Assembly: GCA_051294375.1 (NCBI GenBank)
Contig: CM119271.1
Location: 118,721-182,720, forward strand
Direction: 5' to 3'
Length of the DNA stretch: 64,000 bases
Source of the DNA: Paraspadella gotoi
Taxonomy: Eukaryota > Animalia > Chaetognatha
Position 1 is the first letter of the stretch. Each line of letters opens with the position of its first letter. The position numbers and the translations under genes are program-made. This document shows positions 10,649 through 23,766 of the stretch, in pieces. Below the pieces are notes generated by a model. That model was not told the DNA's origin. It worked only from the letters and a program-made list of their open reading frames with translations, and did no database searches.

Positions 10649-13600
10649 CGCTGAGAGTTTTCCGTCGTATCTCAAGGTTCTGTTGAAATCTTCGAAAGCT
10701 TTGGCTAAACCCAATTCTGGATACTCGTTTAGATTTCCCATCTGTGGTAAAAAACGGGAACAGATGTTTTAGAGATGTTTCTTTTCTTTATAGATTTATT
10801 TAATCAGTTATTCCTTTTTTGCTGTCATATCTAAAGGGGGATGAGAGAGAAAAAACTAACTTTAAATTCCCAAGTTGTAAAACTTTAAAGATAAGACGGT
10901 TTTGTAGTGATGTAATATCACCAATTGGATACGACTGTCCCTTCCATCATCGCCGTAATAGCGCACTGGGCTAACGCTAAATGTTGGGGCTATCCACCCT
11001 CACAGAGAGGCATGGCGACCCTCTCTCCTCTCGGTCACTTCACTGATGAGCCCTTCCTGAACATGTTCAGCCTCTTAGATATTATGATTTTTCATTAATG
11101 ACTTTCTAACAGAAATGATGTGTGATATCTATTAGAAAACTAGGACAGATAGTAATCTAACCTTGTGTTGTATAGATGCTCCCTCTATTTCCAGAAGACA
11201 ACACTGACTTCCCCTTCCCAAATTGAATTATTAGATAAATAAAACATTTTTAAGAAAGAAAGCAATACATTATATTTGATTAAATAATAAGATTAAATAC
11301 TAAATCCTTCATAAAATATAAAAATAGAAAATAGTGAAACAAGTAATTTGCAAATTTTCATGCAACACCATTCATTCCCGCTTAACCACAGCGCTCCCAA
11401 AGCGCCAGACCCGCCTGTGGCTAATCAAGCCAAAGAGTCAGAAGTGACCCGTGGTCACTGACCACAGCCCCATGGGAGTACAGAAGGCATCTCCCCCCTC
11501 CTTGTACCACTTGAGGGGTGTGACCCCTTGGGGGGGTATGTGTAGTGATGTAATATCACTACCCATTGGATGCGACTGATCCGCACTGGGTTAACGCTTA
11601 ATCTCCGAACCCAATGGTTTCGGCTTCTAGCCCTGGTCCGTACAGTCCTTGAAAAAAAAGAGTGACGGGCCAGTTAAACTACCGGTAGCAAGCTTACCGC
11701 CGGATCCTCAGTTCCGGAAAGCGAGGCAACTGACGGAAAAATCTCCCAGATCAACTGGTCACAATAAGTGTGGATCTGCACTCACAGAGAGGCAATTCAG
11801 TTTTGTACATAATTTAGCCTGCAAAATCTCCCTTAATTATCATTATCTGATCGTATAGGTTAATATAAAACTCCTTAAATAGTAATAAATCAATTACTAT
11901 CTAGGAAAAAAGTATATAACATTTTTAATAAAGGATATCTATTCGAAAACTTATTTGATTTAAAAAAAATCAGAATGTTTTCGGATCTACATTGAATTTC
12001 CTTTAGGTAGGTTCCATCCATTTTTTTTGTAGGTCAAATCGTTTAGAAGTTACAGGTCAAAAAATATTGTTACTTCAAATAAAAAATGGCAAAAAAATTA
12101 TATTTAGTTTTCCTTAATTTTTAGTATTTAGTTATTTGTCTTTATTTTTAATACAGTTCGTTATTTTTTTTGTTTTTAAATTTGGCAATGCTAAAGGCCT
12201 TGTACCTTTTTTTAGTTAAAAAAAGTTTTATTATACCTTTTAGAAAAGTGGGAAAGACACGCAACATCAACATCGGGTCTGAAAAGAATTGCGTTAATGA
12301 TGTGGAAAAACATTTCACTGTCATAAATCAATTTGCTGTATGAGAGCATGCCCAGACAAATGCAGGCAGTAGCCGATTCTGAGGAAGAGTATACCAAATA
12401 TTGAGAATGTTTTACCCCTGTTTTGTATACTTTTTATTGAATAAATGAATTATGTTATATACTTTTTTCCTAGAGAGTAATAAAAAGATATCTAAGAAAT
12501 TTTTTTAATTTATAAATTCACCCCAATTTTTTTTTTAAAATGAAATCGCGAGACCTTGAAGGTGCTCCTGAGCGCGTCGAGTCGCCCGCCGATCGGAGGA
12601 CCCGCCTTCAGCGCTCCGTCGAGATGATCGTGGATTTTGCGGAGATGCGCGTGGAAGGCGCGGACGCGGCGGCGCAGCGCCAAGTATTCCTCGTCGATGA
12701 AGTCGATCACGTCCAGCTGCGGAGGAGGAGGAGGAGCAATGAGCAGCAGCAAAATAACTGCATAACTTTACAAACCAAATGACAAAATAGCAATAATATA
12801 AATATAGAAAACAGCTGCTTTAATAGCATTATCGTTTAACTTAGTCAGAGGCATGGATAATTCTCATCAATTCTATATGATATCACTAATTTTAACTATG
12901 GGTAATTTCACCCAAAAGGTGATGGGCCAAGCCCGGAAGTACTGCAATACATGATTGAGGAGGAGACCGTGCAAGCACTGAGCGCTCCTCCGATGCTCAA
13001 TAATCAGTTTAATATTCAGGGCCCGCAGTGCGGACCGTATCAGATATTAAGCTGATAATAAACACTTCCTATATCCTTATAAAATCGAAAAATTTCAAAA
13101 TAGGCTTTTCTTAATTTTGATTGCAGATTTGAATTCCTTGTCAAAAGTTGATAAAAGAAAATACAAATCATTTTTATGATGGGATAATCCTTTCTTTTCG
13201 TTGTTTTTAGTTTTAGAGAAAGCAAAGTATTTATGAAATTGTTAACAACGATTTTTATTAGGAGACGGTGTGGCGGTATATTCACAACCGCCTCACGTCA
13301 ACCATCCTTCAGCCAAATCCATTGGCTCAGAGGGGGAACACACCATCCCAGGCGTAGTGTTCAATCCACAGTTCTAATGACTTCCCTCTGCGTTGGCAAG
13401 CGAGACCGTCCTAGGGTAACCGCGCCAGTGACTGGAGGCGTCACTGAGGGTCGGAAGCCCCCAAAGCCAACGGTGAGATGCCCCATCCCAATGGGCATCA
13501 CAGGCAACCCGGCTGTTGCCATAACGGACATGTTTTCGGCTTGTTGGATTCAAGCCTTCATCAGCATTTGACATACATTAAAAAGTTTGTATAAAAGAAG

Positions 13601-16600
13601 AGTGTGAGAGAGAAAGAGAGAGAGAGGGTAAAAGTTTTCCAACAAAGTGGTGAGACAGAATAGTGGTCAGATGTGAGGGACAGGTTCAAGGTGAGGGCAG
13701 ATTGAGTGAGTTGTGAAAAGACGTGAAACTTGTTAAAGAGAGAGAGAGAGAGAATTCTTTCATTAAGTGGATAAAAAATTAAAAAATTTAATATGTAAAA
13801 AGTTAATTTTCAGCTTAAAATATAGCTTTTTTTCTAATTTTTGACCCACTTAATGAAGGAATTTTTCAAAAAGAGTTATATTTCTTCTTATCAACTTTTT
13901 ATGACGATTCCAAATCTGCAAAAAAATCTTAGAAAAAACTGTTTTGAAATTTTAAATATAAATAAATAAATAAATAAATAAATAAATATGGCTTACTACG
14001 TAAATTGTAAAATTTATTATAAATTTTTTTATTACATAAATGTTCATTAGTATAATGTTGTTCGTTCCTCACTTTTAGAATTTTAATTAAAGTTAAATTT
14101 ATAAATTTTACTACGCCTTATTGCACAGATGGGACGGACGGAGGGGAATTTGATATTCTGCCATGATATTTAAGTAATTTACCGACAAGATTGAGGGGGC
14201 GGACCGACGGACCAACAAAGTGAATTATAACTTATGCATATGTAAATATTTTTTTATATTTTAGTCGGATCTGCTTTTAGCAGATCCCCACTCTATAATT
14301 TACTTTGTCGGTCAGTCGGTCCGCCCCCCAATCTTGTCGGGCATTCACTTATATCATGTCAGAACATTGAATTATGATAAATTATGCAAAAAAGTGATGT
14401 CCGTCCGTCCGTCTGTCCGTCCCACCTTAGCAAAAAACACCAATTACTCGTGATTTGATGGATGGATTGGAATGAAATTTTGTGTGTGGGAAAGAAAGTG
14501 TTTCATTGAGCTGAAAATCAAGTTACGTTGGAATCGTCCGAGTGAAAATGAGTTTTAATAGAAAAAACAAAAAAATATATTTCACTATTTGAACGCCGAT
14601 TATTCATGAGTGAATGGGGCGATTGACTTCAAATTTTTTATGTGGGTAGGAAAGTGTGAGATTGAGCAGGGATCGTCCAAGTGGAAACAAGTTAAAATAG
14701 AAAAAACAATCTATTTCACTATTTGATTATTTGATTATGCTTTTTTTATTTTTAATGTAAATTCAAGCTGCATTAATTAATTATTAATGAATAAGAAATT
14801 AATTATTAATTATTTATAATTAATTAATTTTGAAGAGACAGTAATTATCGTTATGAGTTAGTGACAGAATCGTTCAATATAAGCAGTCCCTGAGCTTTGG
14901 ATCAGGCTGTAACACTGTTACAGGCGGGTTAAGCGCCCTGTCCCTCTTAACTGCTAGGCGACCATCAGGCTAGAAGCCTGGACCTTTGGGTTAGGAGGTG
15001 AATGACTTGCCACCGGCACCAATGGCCGCTGATGAATGGTTGGTGGATTTTAGTCCACTATAGCATCTCATTTCGTTTGTAGCAGCTTTTTGTCTCTTTG
15101 TTTTTATTAGTGTTTTTTTGTTTTTATTAGTGTCTCTTTTTGTTGACATGTGTATGTGTATAATAGTATTTATATTTTTAGTATTTATAGATTTAAGTAT
15201 TTATAGATCTCTATTATAGTATGCTTAAACCTTAATAATAAGGTCCTTATTGAACACAATAAGGCACTATTAACGATTAACTGTTAAGGATATTAATCTT
15301 ATGCTGATTGAGCTCTGATAAAGAAAAATGGACTTTAACAAGAGAGTGCATCTCCATAACCATTTTTTACAATTTAATACCAAAAACAGTATTAACATAA
15401 TCATAAACAATAACAGTGTAAAAGATATCCAGCTTCATCACACACTTTCCTACCCACACACAAAATTTTATTACAATCCAACCACCCAATCACGAGTTAT
15501 TGGAGCTTTTTGCTAAGGTGGGACGGATGGACAGACAGACAGACAGACAGACAGACGGACATAATTTTTTTTGCATAATTTATCATAATTCGATGTTCTG
15601 ACATGATGTAAGTGATTGCCCGACAATATTGAGGGGGTGGACCGACGGACCGACAAAGTGAATTATAGAGTCGGGATCTGCTGAAAGCAGATCTGACTAA
15701 AAATATAGAAATTGTAATATATAATTTTTATGAATATTTTTAATGAATCTAATATTGTGTTTTTTTCCTTTCTGTTTCGTTGTGATTTGGTTTAGAACAA
15801 AGTTTGAAGAGAGATTTAACAACGATTTTTATTTCATAGTGAAACGGACATGTTTCGACTCGTATGTGAGTCGAAACATGTCCGTTTCACTATGAAATAA
15901 AAATCGTTGTTAAATCTCTCTTCAAACTTTGTTCTAAATGAATCTAATACAAAAACTTTTTAATTCAGTCTGACCTGAGCAAAAGCCTGCGAATGGCGAG
16001 CGAAGCCCGCATTTGAGTGAAAAGAGAGAGAAGAGCAAGGACGGGAAAAGTCGTCTTCAACTTGTTCCGTGGAACCTGCAAAGATAAAATCTATTAACGA
16101 TTAAAATGTTTATAAAATTGATAAAATCTATATGCTTGAGAGACATCGTACATGTTAAATGAGTACATAATATTAGAGATTAACATCGTATTATGAGGAA
16201 AGTGCATATTATTCTAAACGGAGCAATATATTTTGTTTTACCATAGTTCATTTGCTAATAAACTATAGTTAGGCTATCTTAACCGAAATATATCGCTCCG
16301 TTTGAAATAATATGCGATGTTAAACTCTAATATTGTAGAAACGATCATGATTTTCTCTAAATGTAAACTTAAAACTGGAGTCAGAATTGACCTTAAAACG
16401 CCTCAAATAAAGGAACGAGTTTGAGGGCAAGAGATGAGGCTAAATGTTTCTTCAACCATTGTACAATATTATAAATAACAATATGAAAATTATCCATTCA
16501 TTAAATATTCACACTTACAAGATAATAATAGGAGCAAGTTTTCCATAGAGACTCTCTCAGATTATAGTTTATAGAGTAAATATAGTTTACATTATAGTTT

Positions 16601-19600
16601 ACCTCCTCGCATATTCTTCTTTTTCTTTGATGCTCTGTTTTTAATCTAGAGAAATTAAAAACATTAATAAAACATAAATGTATTTGTTAAAAAGATCAAT
16701 ATTCATACAATGAAATGATTTAGGTAATGATTTCGATCAAAGAATTCAGCAAAAAAAACACTTTTTCCAACATTGCTTGATTATTTAGCTCAAATACAAA
16801 CTTATTGATTGAAACCATCTCCCGCTTTTTCTAATCAAGAATCAATATCATTTTTACTACTTTTAATAAAAACAATTGTGTCCATTTTTGTCCATTTTGA
16901 CTTTTGTCTTGAGATTTGAATGCTAAGATGGTTTGATAAAATATGGTGGACTAAAATCCACCAGTCGTTCATCAGCGGCCATTGGTGTCGGAGGCAAGTC
17001 ATTCGCCTCCCAACCCAAAGGTCCGGGGTTCTAGCCCGGTGGTCGCCTTGCAGTTAAGAGGGACGGGGCGCTAAACCCGGTGTGACAGCCTGATCCACAG
17101 CTCAGGGACTGCTTATATTGAATGGTTCTGTCACTAACATATAACAATAATTACTGTCTCTTCATTGGTGAGCCCGACTTCCGAACACAACAGCAACAAC
17201 AACACATGATGCGACATGCCTCAACTTGGTGACGAACTTTCCACCAACAACAACAATTCACTGAAGAGACCAACAGACTTCTCCCTACGGGAGGGAGGTA
17301 TGTATGGTAGACTAATATCCACCAACCATTCATCATTCGCCTCCCAACCCAAAGGTCCGGGGTTCTAGCCCGGTGGTCGCCTGTAACACGATGTTACAGT
17401 CTGATCCAAAGGTCAGGGACTGCTTATATTGAACGGTACTGTCACTAACATATAACAAAAAACCAAATTTATAACATAAAACAAAATTTATTTCGGCTTT
17501 CAAATCTTTTTTATATTCCTTACCTCTGAGTCAGTTCATATTCAATTGAAAATCCATTGTTTGCCTTTGTATTAATTTCTAAATTCACTAGTCAAAAACT
17601 CACAATTTTAGTTTTTATTACAATTTGTTAAGCAAAAATTGTTTGATTTACTGACAAATCCAGGCAAATATTCCTTACAACACCAAAAAAATTAGAACAA
17701 AAAATTTAATATTTTGACTGAAAAAAATTTTAAGTCATCTTTTAATTTGTGAGGTTTTGTGAGGTGCGTTTTTTTAAACTAAAACTCGTTTTTAACTAAG
17801 TTTTCATCAGATGAGAAACATACTAATGCACAATTATTTTAATGTCATGGGAAGCGTCAGGAAATTTTTAGTCGGATCCCGACTCTATAATTCACTTTGT
17901 TGGTCCGTCGGTCCGCCCCCTCGATCTTGTTGGGCATTCAAATATATCTATATATTCACATATACACATAAACATCGAATTTTGATAAATTATGCAAAAA
18001 AACGATGTCCGTCTGTCTGTCTGTGTGTCTATCCATCCGTCCATCCCACCTTAGCAAAAAACTCTAATTACTCGCGATTGGATGGATGGATTGGAATGAA
18101 ATTTTGTGTGTGGGTAGAGAAGTGTGTGATTAAGCTGGATATGAAGTTTAGATGGAATTGTGAGAGTGGAAATGGAAAATGGAAATGGAAAAAACAAAAA
18201 AAATATATTTCACTATTTGAACGCCAATTACTCATGAGTGGATGGGACGATTGACTTGGAATTTTGTACGTGGGTAGGAAAGTGTGTTATTAAGCTGGAA
18301 ATCAAGTTTCGATGGAATCGTTTGAATGAAAGTGAGTTTAAATAGAAACAAAATTGAGCAAAAAATGTGGGGTCTGCTCACGATCATTATCAGTAATTAA
18401 ATAATTAATAATTAATTAATTAATTAATAATTAATTAATAAGTAATTAATTCAAGTTATTTAATTAATTAGTTGATTAATTAACTTGATCCAAAATGTTT
18501 GTTTTGATTGATTAATTGACTGATTAATTAATAATTGATTAATTAATTGACTAATTGATTGATTAACTGATTAATTATTTGATTAATTTATACATCTTGC
18601 ATTTACATTTAATATAAAAAGAAAAAGAAGCATAATCAATTAGTGAAACAGTTTTTTTTGTTTTTTCCATTTAAACTAATTTCCACTCAAACGATTCCAT
18701 CGAAACTTGATTTCCAGCTTCATCACACACTATCCTACCCAGTACCCACACACAAAATTTCATCTCATACTATCCTTCCAATTATGAATAATTTTAGTAA
18801 TTAAGGGTTAAAATTAGTNNNNNNNNNNGCTAAGGAGGGACGGATGGATGGATGGACATCATTTTTTTTGCATAATTTTCAGGTCAATCGCCCAATCCAC
18901 TCATGAGTAATTGGTGTTCAAATAGTGTAATATATTTTTTTGTTTTTTCAATTTTAACTCATTTCCACTCGGACGATTCCATCGAAACTTCATATCCAGC
19001 TCAATCACACACTTCCCTACCCACACACAAAATTTCAATTTAATCCATCCATCCAATCACGAGTAATTTTTGTTTTTTGCTAAGGTGGGAAGGACGGACG
19101 GACAGATAGACGGACAGACAGACATACGGACGGACGGACAATTAATCAATCAATTAATTATTAAATAAATAAATTATGTATCTATTGATTAATTATTCAT
19201 TCAATCAATTTATTTATTTATCAATTAATTAATTATTTAATCAATCAATCAAGTCAATCGTTATTGGCATTATTGTTGTCATCGCCATCATCGTCATCGT
19301 TGCTTTTGTCGTGGTCAGTGACGAAAAGACCTAAAAACAAACATTTTGGATCAAATTAATTAATTTATTAATTAACTACCGCTAATGATCGTGCGAGTAG
19401 AAATAAGTTTAAATGAAACAAACAAAAGTCATATTTACTTGAAGCATTTTTACTTATATTGTCCTCATAATTATAAATTTATAAACATTGAATAAATTAA
19501 ATTAAATATGAAATTTTGTGTGTTGGTAGGAAACTATGAGATTAAGTTGTATATAAGTTTTTGATGGAATCGTAGTTGTGGAAAAGAGTTTAAAACAGAA

Positions 19601-19666
19601 AACCAAAAGACACATTTATTTCAATTTTTAAAAGTTTCTCTCTATCTCTCTCTGATGAATTAATTA

Positions 19667-19715
<49 letters not shown>

Positions 19716-21904
19716 CCAAATTCTGCCGACCAAATTATGCCGTTTGATAAAATAATGCAAGTTGATCAAATAATGCCAGTTGACCAAATTATGCCAGTTG
19801 ACCACATTTTGCAAGTTAAAAACGTTATGCCAGTTGAACAAATTATGCCGGTTGCCAAATTATTCCAGTTGACCTAGTTATGTCAGTTGATCAAATTAAG
19901 CAAGTTAAGCAAATTATGCCAGTTGACCAGTTTATACCAGTTGACCAAATTACACCAGTTGACCAAATGATGCCTGTTGACCAAATTATGCCAGATGACC
20001 AAATTATGTCAATTGACCAAATTATGCCAAATGACCAAATTATGTCAATTGACCAAATTATGCCAGTTGATTTAATTATGCAAATTGATTAAATTATGAA
20101 AGTTGACCAAATTATGCAAGTTGGGATGGTAATGATTGATAGATCAATCGATTTATAGATTTTTTCATAGATTTATTAAGAAGTATGTTATGATTTTTAA
20201 TAATCACAAATTGAGAGTCAGAAATATTACCATGATTTATCATTGGATTAGCTTATTACCGGTTAATTATTGTAGGCAGATCCGACATTGTTTGCTCAAA
20301 CTTGTTTTTCTCCCAATCGATACGTTTTTCCGAAAAAAATTTAATTTATAATATAGCGTGTCGTTTTTTTGCCTAGTAGTATATCAAAAAAATGCCATAA
20401 ATATGACGAGTAATTTAATCTTTAAAAGTTGCTCTTACCATAAAAATCGTTTGTTTCATTCTAATTAGAGATCATGTCATACCGTATTTCGAAAGCTTAA
20501 AAATTTACCCAGAGTTCTATGTTATAAGGAGAAGATAACTATTTAGGCGGGCCAAAATTGATCACTTTTTATCATTAATATAATATAAAATTCATTTGTC
20601 CATGGGCGATATATATACTAACACTTTTTTAACTAGTGAAGCACAGTATAACATTGAAGCATTTAAATATTTATCAATGCATAGTATGCATTGATAGGCA
20701 TAGGCAATAAAAAAAATTTAAAAATTTAATTTTTTAAGAACAGATTCAGATAGCCCATAAAAAGTTGTCTACAGAAAGTATAATGCATTTTTCAATATTT
20801 CGATGATAAGTGGGTCAAATAATGGAAAAACTCTTTAAAATCATCATCATCTTCGTACTATGATTTTTATAGTTTTTACTAATTTTAAGCAATAAAACAA
20901 AAAAAAATGGAAATCTTATAATAACATTTTTTTTTATTTTTTCAATCACTACACAAATCCGTTTTTAAAAATTCTGATTTTGAAAAAAAAATGATTTATT
21001 TATTAATGATTTTCATGATTTATAGTAATACGGTTAACTTTAAATGCTTCTATGTTATTAACTATATATAAAATCTTAAATTTTTTTTTAATTTCGTCAT
21101 CCCACAGGGATGTTCTAACGTTATTTATATTACAGAACTCTTAGTTTTTACTTTGTTCCGCCTATAGCCAACTATAGCCAACCGTTTTTTTAAATGAAGA
21201 TTTTTTCATATTTATCCGTGAGAACAAAAGAAATAATAATTATTTCAGTTCCAGTTCCATTGTTGAAAAAACCCGAATCAAAATCACTGCCAACTTTTCA
21301 CCGGTTTACGAAACTCATTTGCATTTTCACAATTCATCCGTGAAGCTCTCATTCCGTTCAACAGCCCAAAACTTCTCACGTGTTCCTTCAACTTGGCCAA
21401 CTTTTTGACGACGGGTTTGAATTTCGAGCGCTTTTCGAAATTCTCGCCAATTTCCAATTTGCTTCGTCGATGATCGAGGCTCCGATGAGAACTCAACTTG
21501 AAGCTCTCGTCGTCGTCGTCTGATCTCTGAGGAGAATCGGGCTCTCTTATTGGTCAAGACTCAGATGGAACCGGCCAAGAGGCTGATCGTGATTTTAGGG
21601 TCATATTTGGGTCAGTAATGGGTCATGGTTGAGTCATTTTTGGGTCATTAATGGGTCAAGTTTGGGACATTGATTGGGAAAACTTGTGTCATCTTTGGGT
21701 TATGATTAGGTTAAGCTTTGTTTATTAATGGGTCATGATTGATTTATTTTTGTTGGAGCAATATTGTGACATATTTAAGTTATTAATCGGTCACATTTAT
21801 GACAATTATTCATGTTTGGGTCACGTTTGGCTCTTTTTTTATTTAACCTGATAGTCATCCCACTCTGTCCCCGAAAAGTCAAGGCGATGTCCGAAGAACG
21901 CCAT
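10649..21904 (-). CDS. Multi-exon gene, probable divergent endophilin-like BAR-domain protein (partial; exons 21848-21904, 21302-21526, 16603-16645, 15975-16075, 12555-12716, 10649-10741)
   Basis: All six exons have AG/GT borders with compatible phases. IDEEYLALRRRVRAF...KIHDHLDGALKAGPP..GRL...FKMGNLNEYPELGLAKAFEDFNRTL resembles the endophilin-A BAR helices (LDDDFKEMERKVD...EYLQPNP...YPQAEALLAEAMLKFGREL). The upstream exons are less certain; no 3' exons were identified in the window. Confidence 0.55.
10903..11793 (+). mobile_element. TRIM-like element, family 3 (degenerate)
   Basis: LTR1 TGTAGTGATG...CACTTCA (10903-11042), PBS-like TGATGAGCCC, G-run PPT plus TATG, then LTR2 from 11541 with hairpin GTAGTGAT..ATCACTAC and a B-box-like GGCTTCTAGCCC. 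Confidence 0.55.
12922..13064 (-). pseudogene. U2 snRNA pseudogene, 5'-truncated
   Basis: Minus strand has TTATCAGCTTAATATCTGATACG (stem IIa), ATATTAAA and the stem IV loop TATTGCAGTAC. It lacks the first ~40 nt including the branch-point-pairing GTAGTA, and the Sm site reads ATTATTG. Confidence 0.85.
13269..13523 (+). mobile_element. Solo LTR, family 4 (Pol III-box-bearing)
   Basis: TGTGGC...GCCATA termini, 4-bp TSD ACGG (13265-68 / 13524-27), 5' hairpin, A-box TGGCTCAGAGG, B-box GTTCAATCC. Other copies at 22455-22573, 41800-41967 and 49517-49776 (minus). Confidence 0.75.
13524..13567 (-). ncRNA. Minimal hammerhead ribozyme in a Penelope-like tail
   Basis: ATG-CTGATGA-AGGCTTG..CAAGCC-GAAAACATGTC-CGT on the minus strand. 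Confidence 0.7.
14259..14830 (+). mobile_element. HINE family B, 5' part
   Basis: TTTTAGTCGGATCTGC-TTTTA-GCAGATCC hairpin start followed by (GTCC)n. Further copies or fragments near 15430-15700, 17865-19140, 22677-23392, 37900-39080 and 52970-53460. Confidence 0.7.
14831..15062 (-). mobile_element. Solo LTR, family 1 (tRNA-like module)
   Basis: Reverse complement of the family 1 LTR; no matching TSD visible. Confidence 0.75.
15791..15938. repeat. Perfect 71-bp-arm palindrome made from a Penelope-like tail
   Basis: Arms 15791-15861 and 15868-15938, loop GTATGT; contains GAAACATGTCCGT on both strands. Confidence 0.9.
16942..17458 (+). mobile_element. TRIM with tRNA-like LTRs, family 1 (Helenus-like)
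   Basis: LTR1 16942-17164 (TATGGTGG...CTCTTCA), PBS TGGTGAGCCCGAC, ~135-bp non-coding core, PPT GGGAGGGAGG, internally deleted LTR2 from 17303. Confidence 0.8.
19735..20125. repeat. 18-bp minisatellite CCAGTTGACCAAATTATG within HINE family B
   Basis: About 20 tandem units upstream of the family B 3' terminus at 20276-20308. Confidence 0.9.
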
Positions 21905-22273
21905 GTTGCCCAGTTCCGGTATGTGTCACGTCTCCTTCAACTCTCCAGGCGCGTCTCTATCTCTGTCTTGTATTCTCTATCTCTATCTTTCTTTCTCTAA
22001 GCCTATGGTTTTTTCTAAAGACTTTGATTTAGACTACGCGGTGTCGGTAAAGAGGAAAAATACGAACAGGATTCGAAAAATATAAAATATATCTATTTCC
22101 AAAAGACAACACTAACATCTCTTTCCCCATATAATTATTAAATATGAAATAAGTCAAATAACAATTGAAATTACTACTTATGTGAAACATGTTAAACTTT
22201 TTGTCTATTTTAGTCTAATATATTAGAGACAGTTTGAGCTTAATTTTGACAACGATCTTATTTTAATGCAAAA

Positions 22274-22313
22274 GAGACATGTTTCGGCTTCATTTCAAGC
22301 CTTCATCAGCGTT
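22274..22313 (-). ncRNA. Minimal hammerhead ribozyme in a Penelope-like tail flanked by a ~28-bp inverted repeat
   Basis: AACG-CTGATGA-AGGCTT..AAGCC-GAAACATGTC; inverted repeat at about 22222-22250 / 22319-22348; CAACGAAAAGAAAGGA motif follows. Confidence 0.7.
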
Positions 22314-23766
22314 AACGCTGTCAAAATTAAGCTCAAACTGTCTCTAATCGTCCCAAACAACGAAAAGAAAGGATATATATCACAAAGTCTAATATTGTAA
22401 ATCAAGTAATATTGAATTGAGGTTTATTTCGGAGAATTTAGAGGAGATATAAAACATTGCGTTCCATCCAGTCCTAACGACTTCCCTCTACGTTGGCAAA
22501 GCGAGACCGTCCTAGGGTAACCGCGCCAGTGACTGGAGGGGTCACTGACGGTCGGATGCCCCTAAAGCCAACAGTTGGAAATGAGCATCATAGGTAGGGG
22601 GAGCCTATCTAAGTAAGGTGGTTAAGAAATTTGAATTAAAAACCTGCTCAAACAAAAATTTAAACATTTTTTAAACAAGTTTGAGCAAACAATGTCGGAT
22701 CTGCCCACGATCATTATCGTTAATTAATTAATTAATTAATTAATAAATGATTAATTAATTATTTATTAATTAATAATTAATTTATTCAAATTAATTATTT
22801 AATTAATTATGAAATTATGCAATTAATTTGATCCAAAATGTTTGTTTTGATTGATTAATTAACTGATTAATTAATTGACTAATTGATTAATTAACTAATT
22901 AATTATTTAATTAATTAATACATCTTTCATTTACATTTAAAATAAAAAGAAAAAGAAGCAGAATCAATTAGTGAAACAGGTTCTTTGTTTTTTCCATTTA
23001 AACTCATTTCCACTCAAACAATTACAAAATTTCAAGTCAATCGCCCCATCCACTCATGAGTAATTGGTGTTCAAATAGTGAAATATATTTTTTGTTTTTT
23101 CCATTTAAACTTATTTCCACTCGGACGATTCCATCGAAACTTCATATCCAGCTCAATCACACACTTCCCTACCCACACACAAAATTTTATTCCAATTGGT
23201 GTTTTTTCTAAGGTGGGACAGACGGACGGACGGACGGACGGATGAACGGACGGACGGACAAACGGACATCTTTTTTTTGCATAATTTATCATAATTCGAT
23301 GTTCTGACATGATATAAGTTAGTGCCCGACAATATTGAGGGGGCGGACCGACGGACCGACAAAGTGAATTATAGAGTCGGGATCTGCTGAATAGACAAAA
23401 AATTTAAATATTACTCCATACTCCATATATTAATTTTTTAATATTTAAAGGCTAAAATTTTTTTAGGATTTTTTTATTTTTAAGATCAGATTCAGGTAGC
23501 TTGCAAAAAGTTGTCTACACAAAGTATAATTCTTTTTTCGATATTTTGATCATAAGTGTGTGAAAAATATGAAAAACTATATATAATCATCATCATTATC
23601 ATCTTTCAATAATTTTATTACTTTTTCTTAATTTTGACCAAGAAAACATAAACAATTTTGAAAGTTGTAGTTATATTTTTTATTTAACTTTTTATGCTCT
23701 ATCAGAATCTATCAAAAAAGTTAAGACGGTTAAAAATTTTTTTTATCAATATTGTAATTTTAATAG

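Noticed and set aside
10041-10772. 243-aa plus-strand ORF
   Set aside because: Antisense to the retroelement leader and a host exon, and runs through microsatellites.
11042-11070. Hammerhead core CTGATGAG
   Set aside because: No GAAA box or stem II follows; its position right after the LTR-terminal CA identifies it as a mutated PBS (TGGTGAGCCC).
14831-15062. tRNA-derived SINE
   Set aside because: The tRNA-like part is internal, ends are fixed, there is no A-rich tail, and sister copies have 4-bp TSDs and PBS/PPT; better explained as a solo LTR.
16975-17047. tRNA gene (Gly/Trp-like cloverleaf)
   Set aside because: The acceptor stem and boxes are present but the arms are irregular, and the unit recurs inside LTRs with PBS, PPT and TSD, so it is a transposon module.
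17524-17578. Extra 55-nt exon of the BAR-like gene
   Set aside because: Good splice signals, but its only open frame is phase-incompatible with the neighbouring exons and leads to a stop in the 12.7-kb exon.
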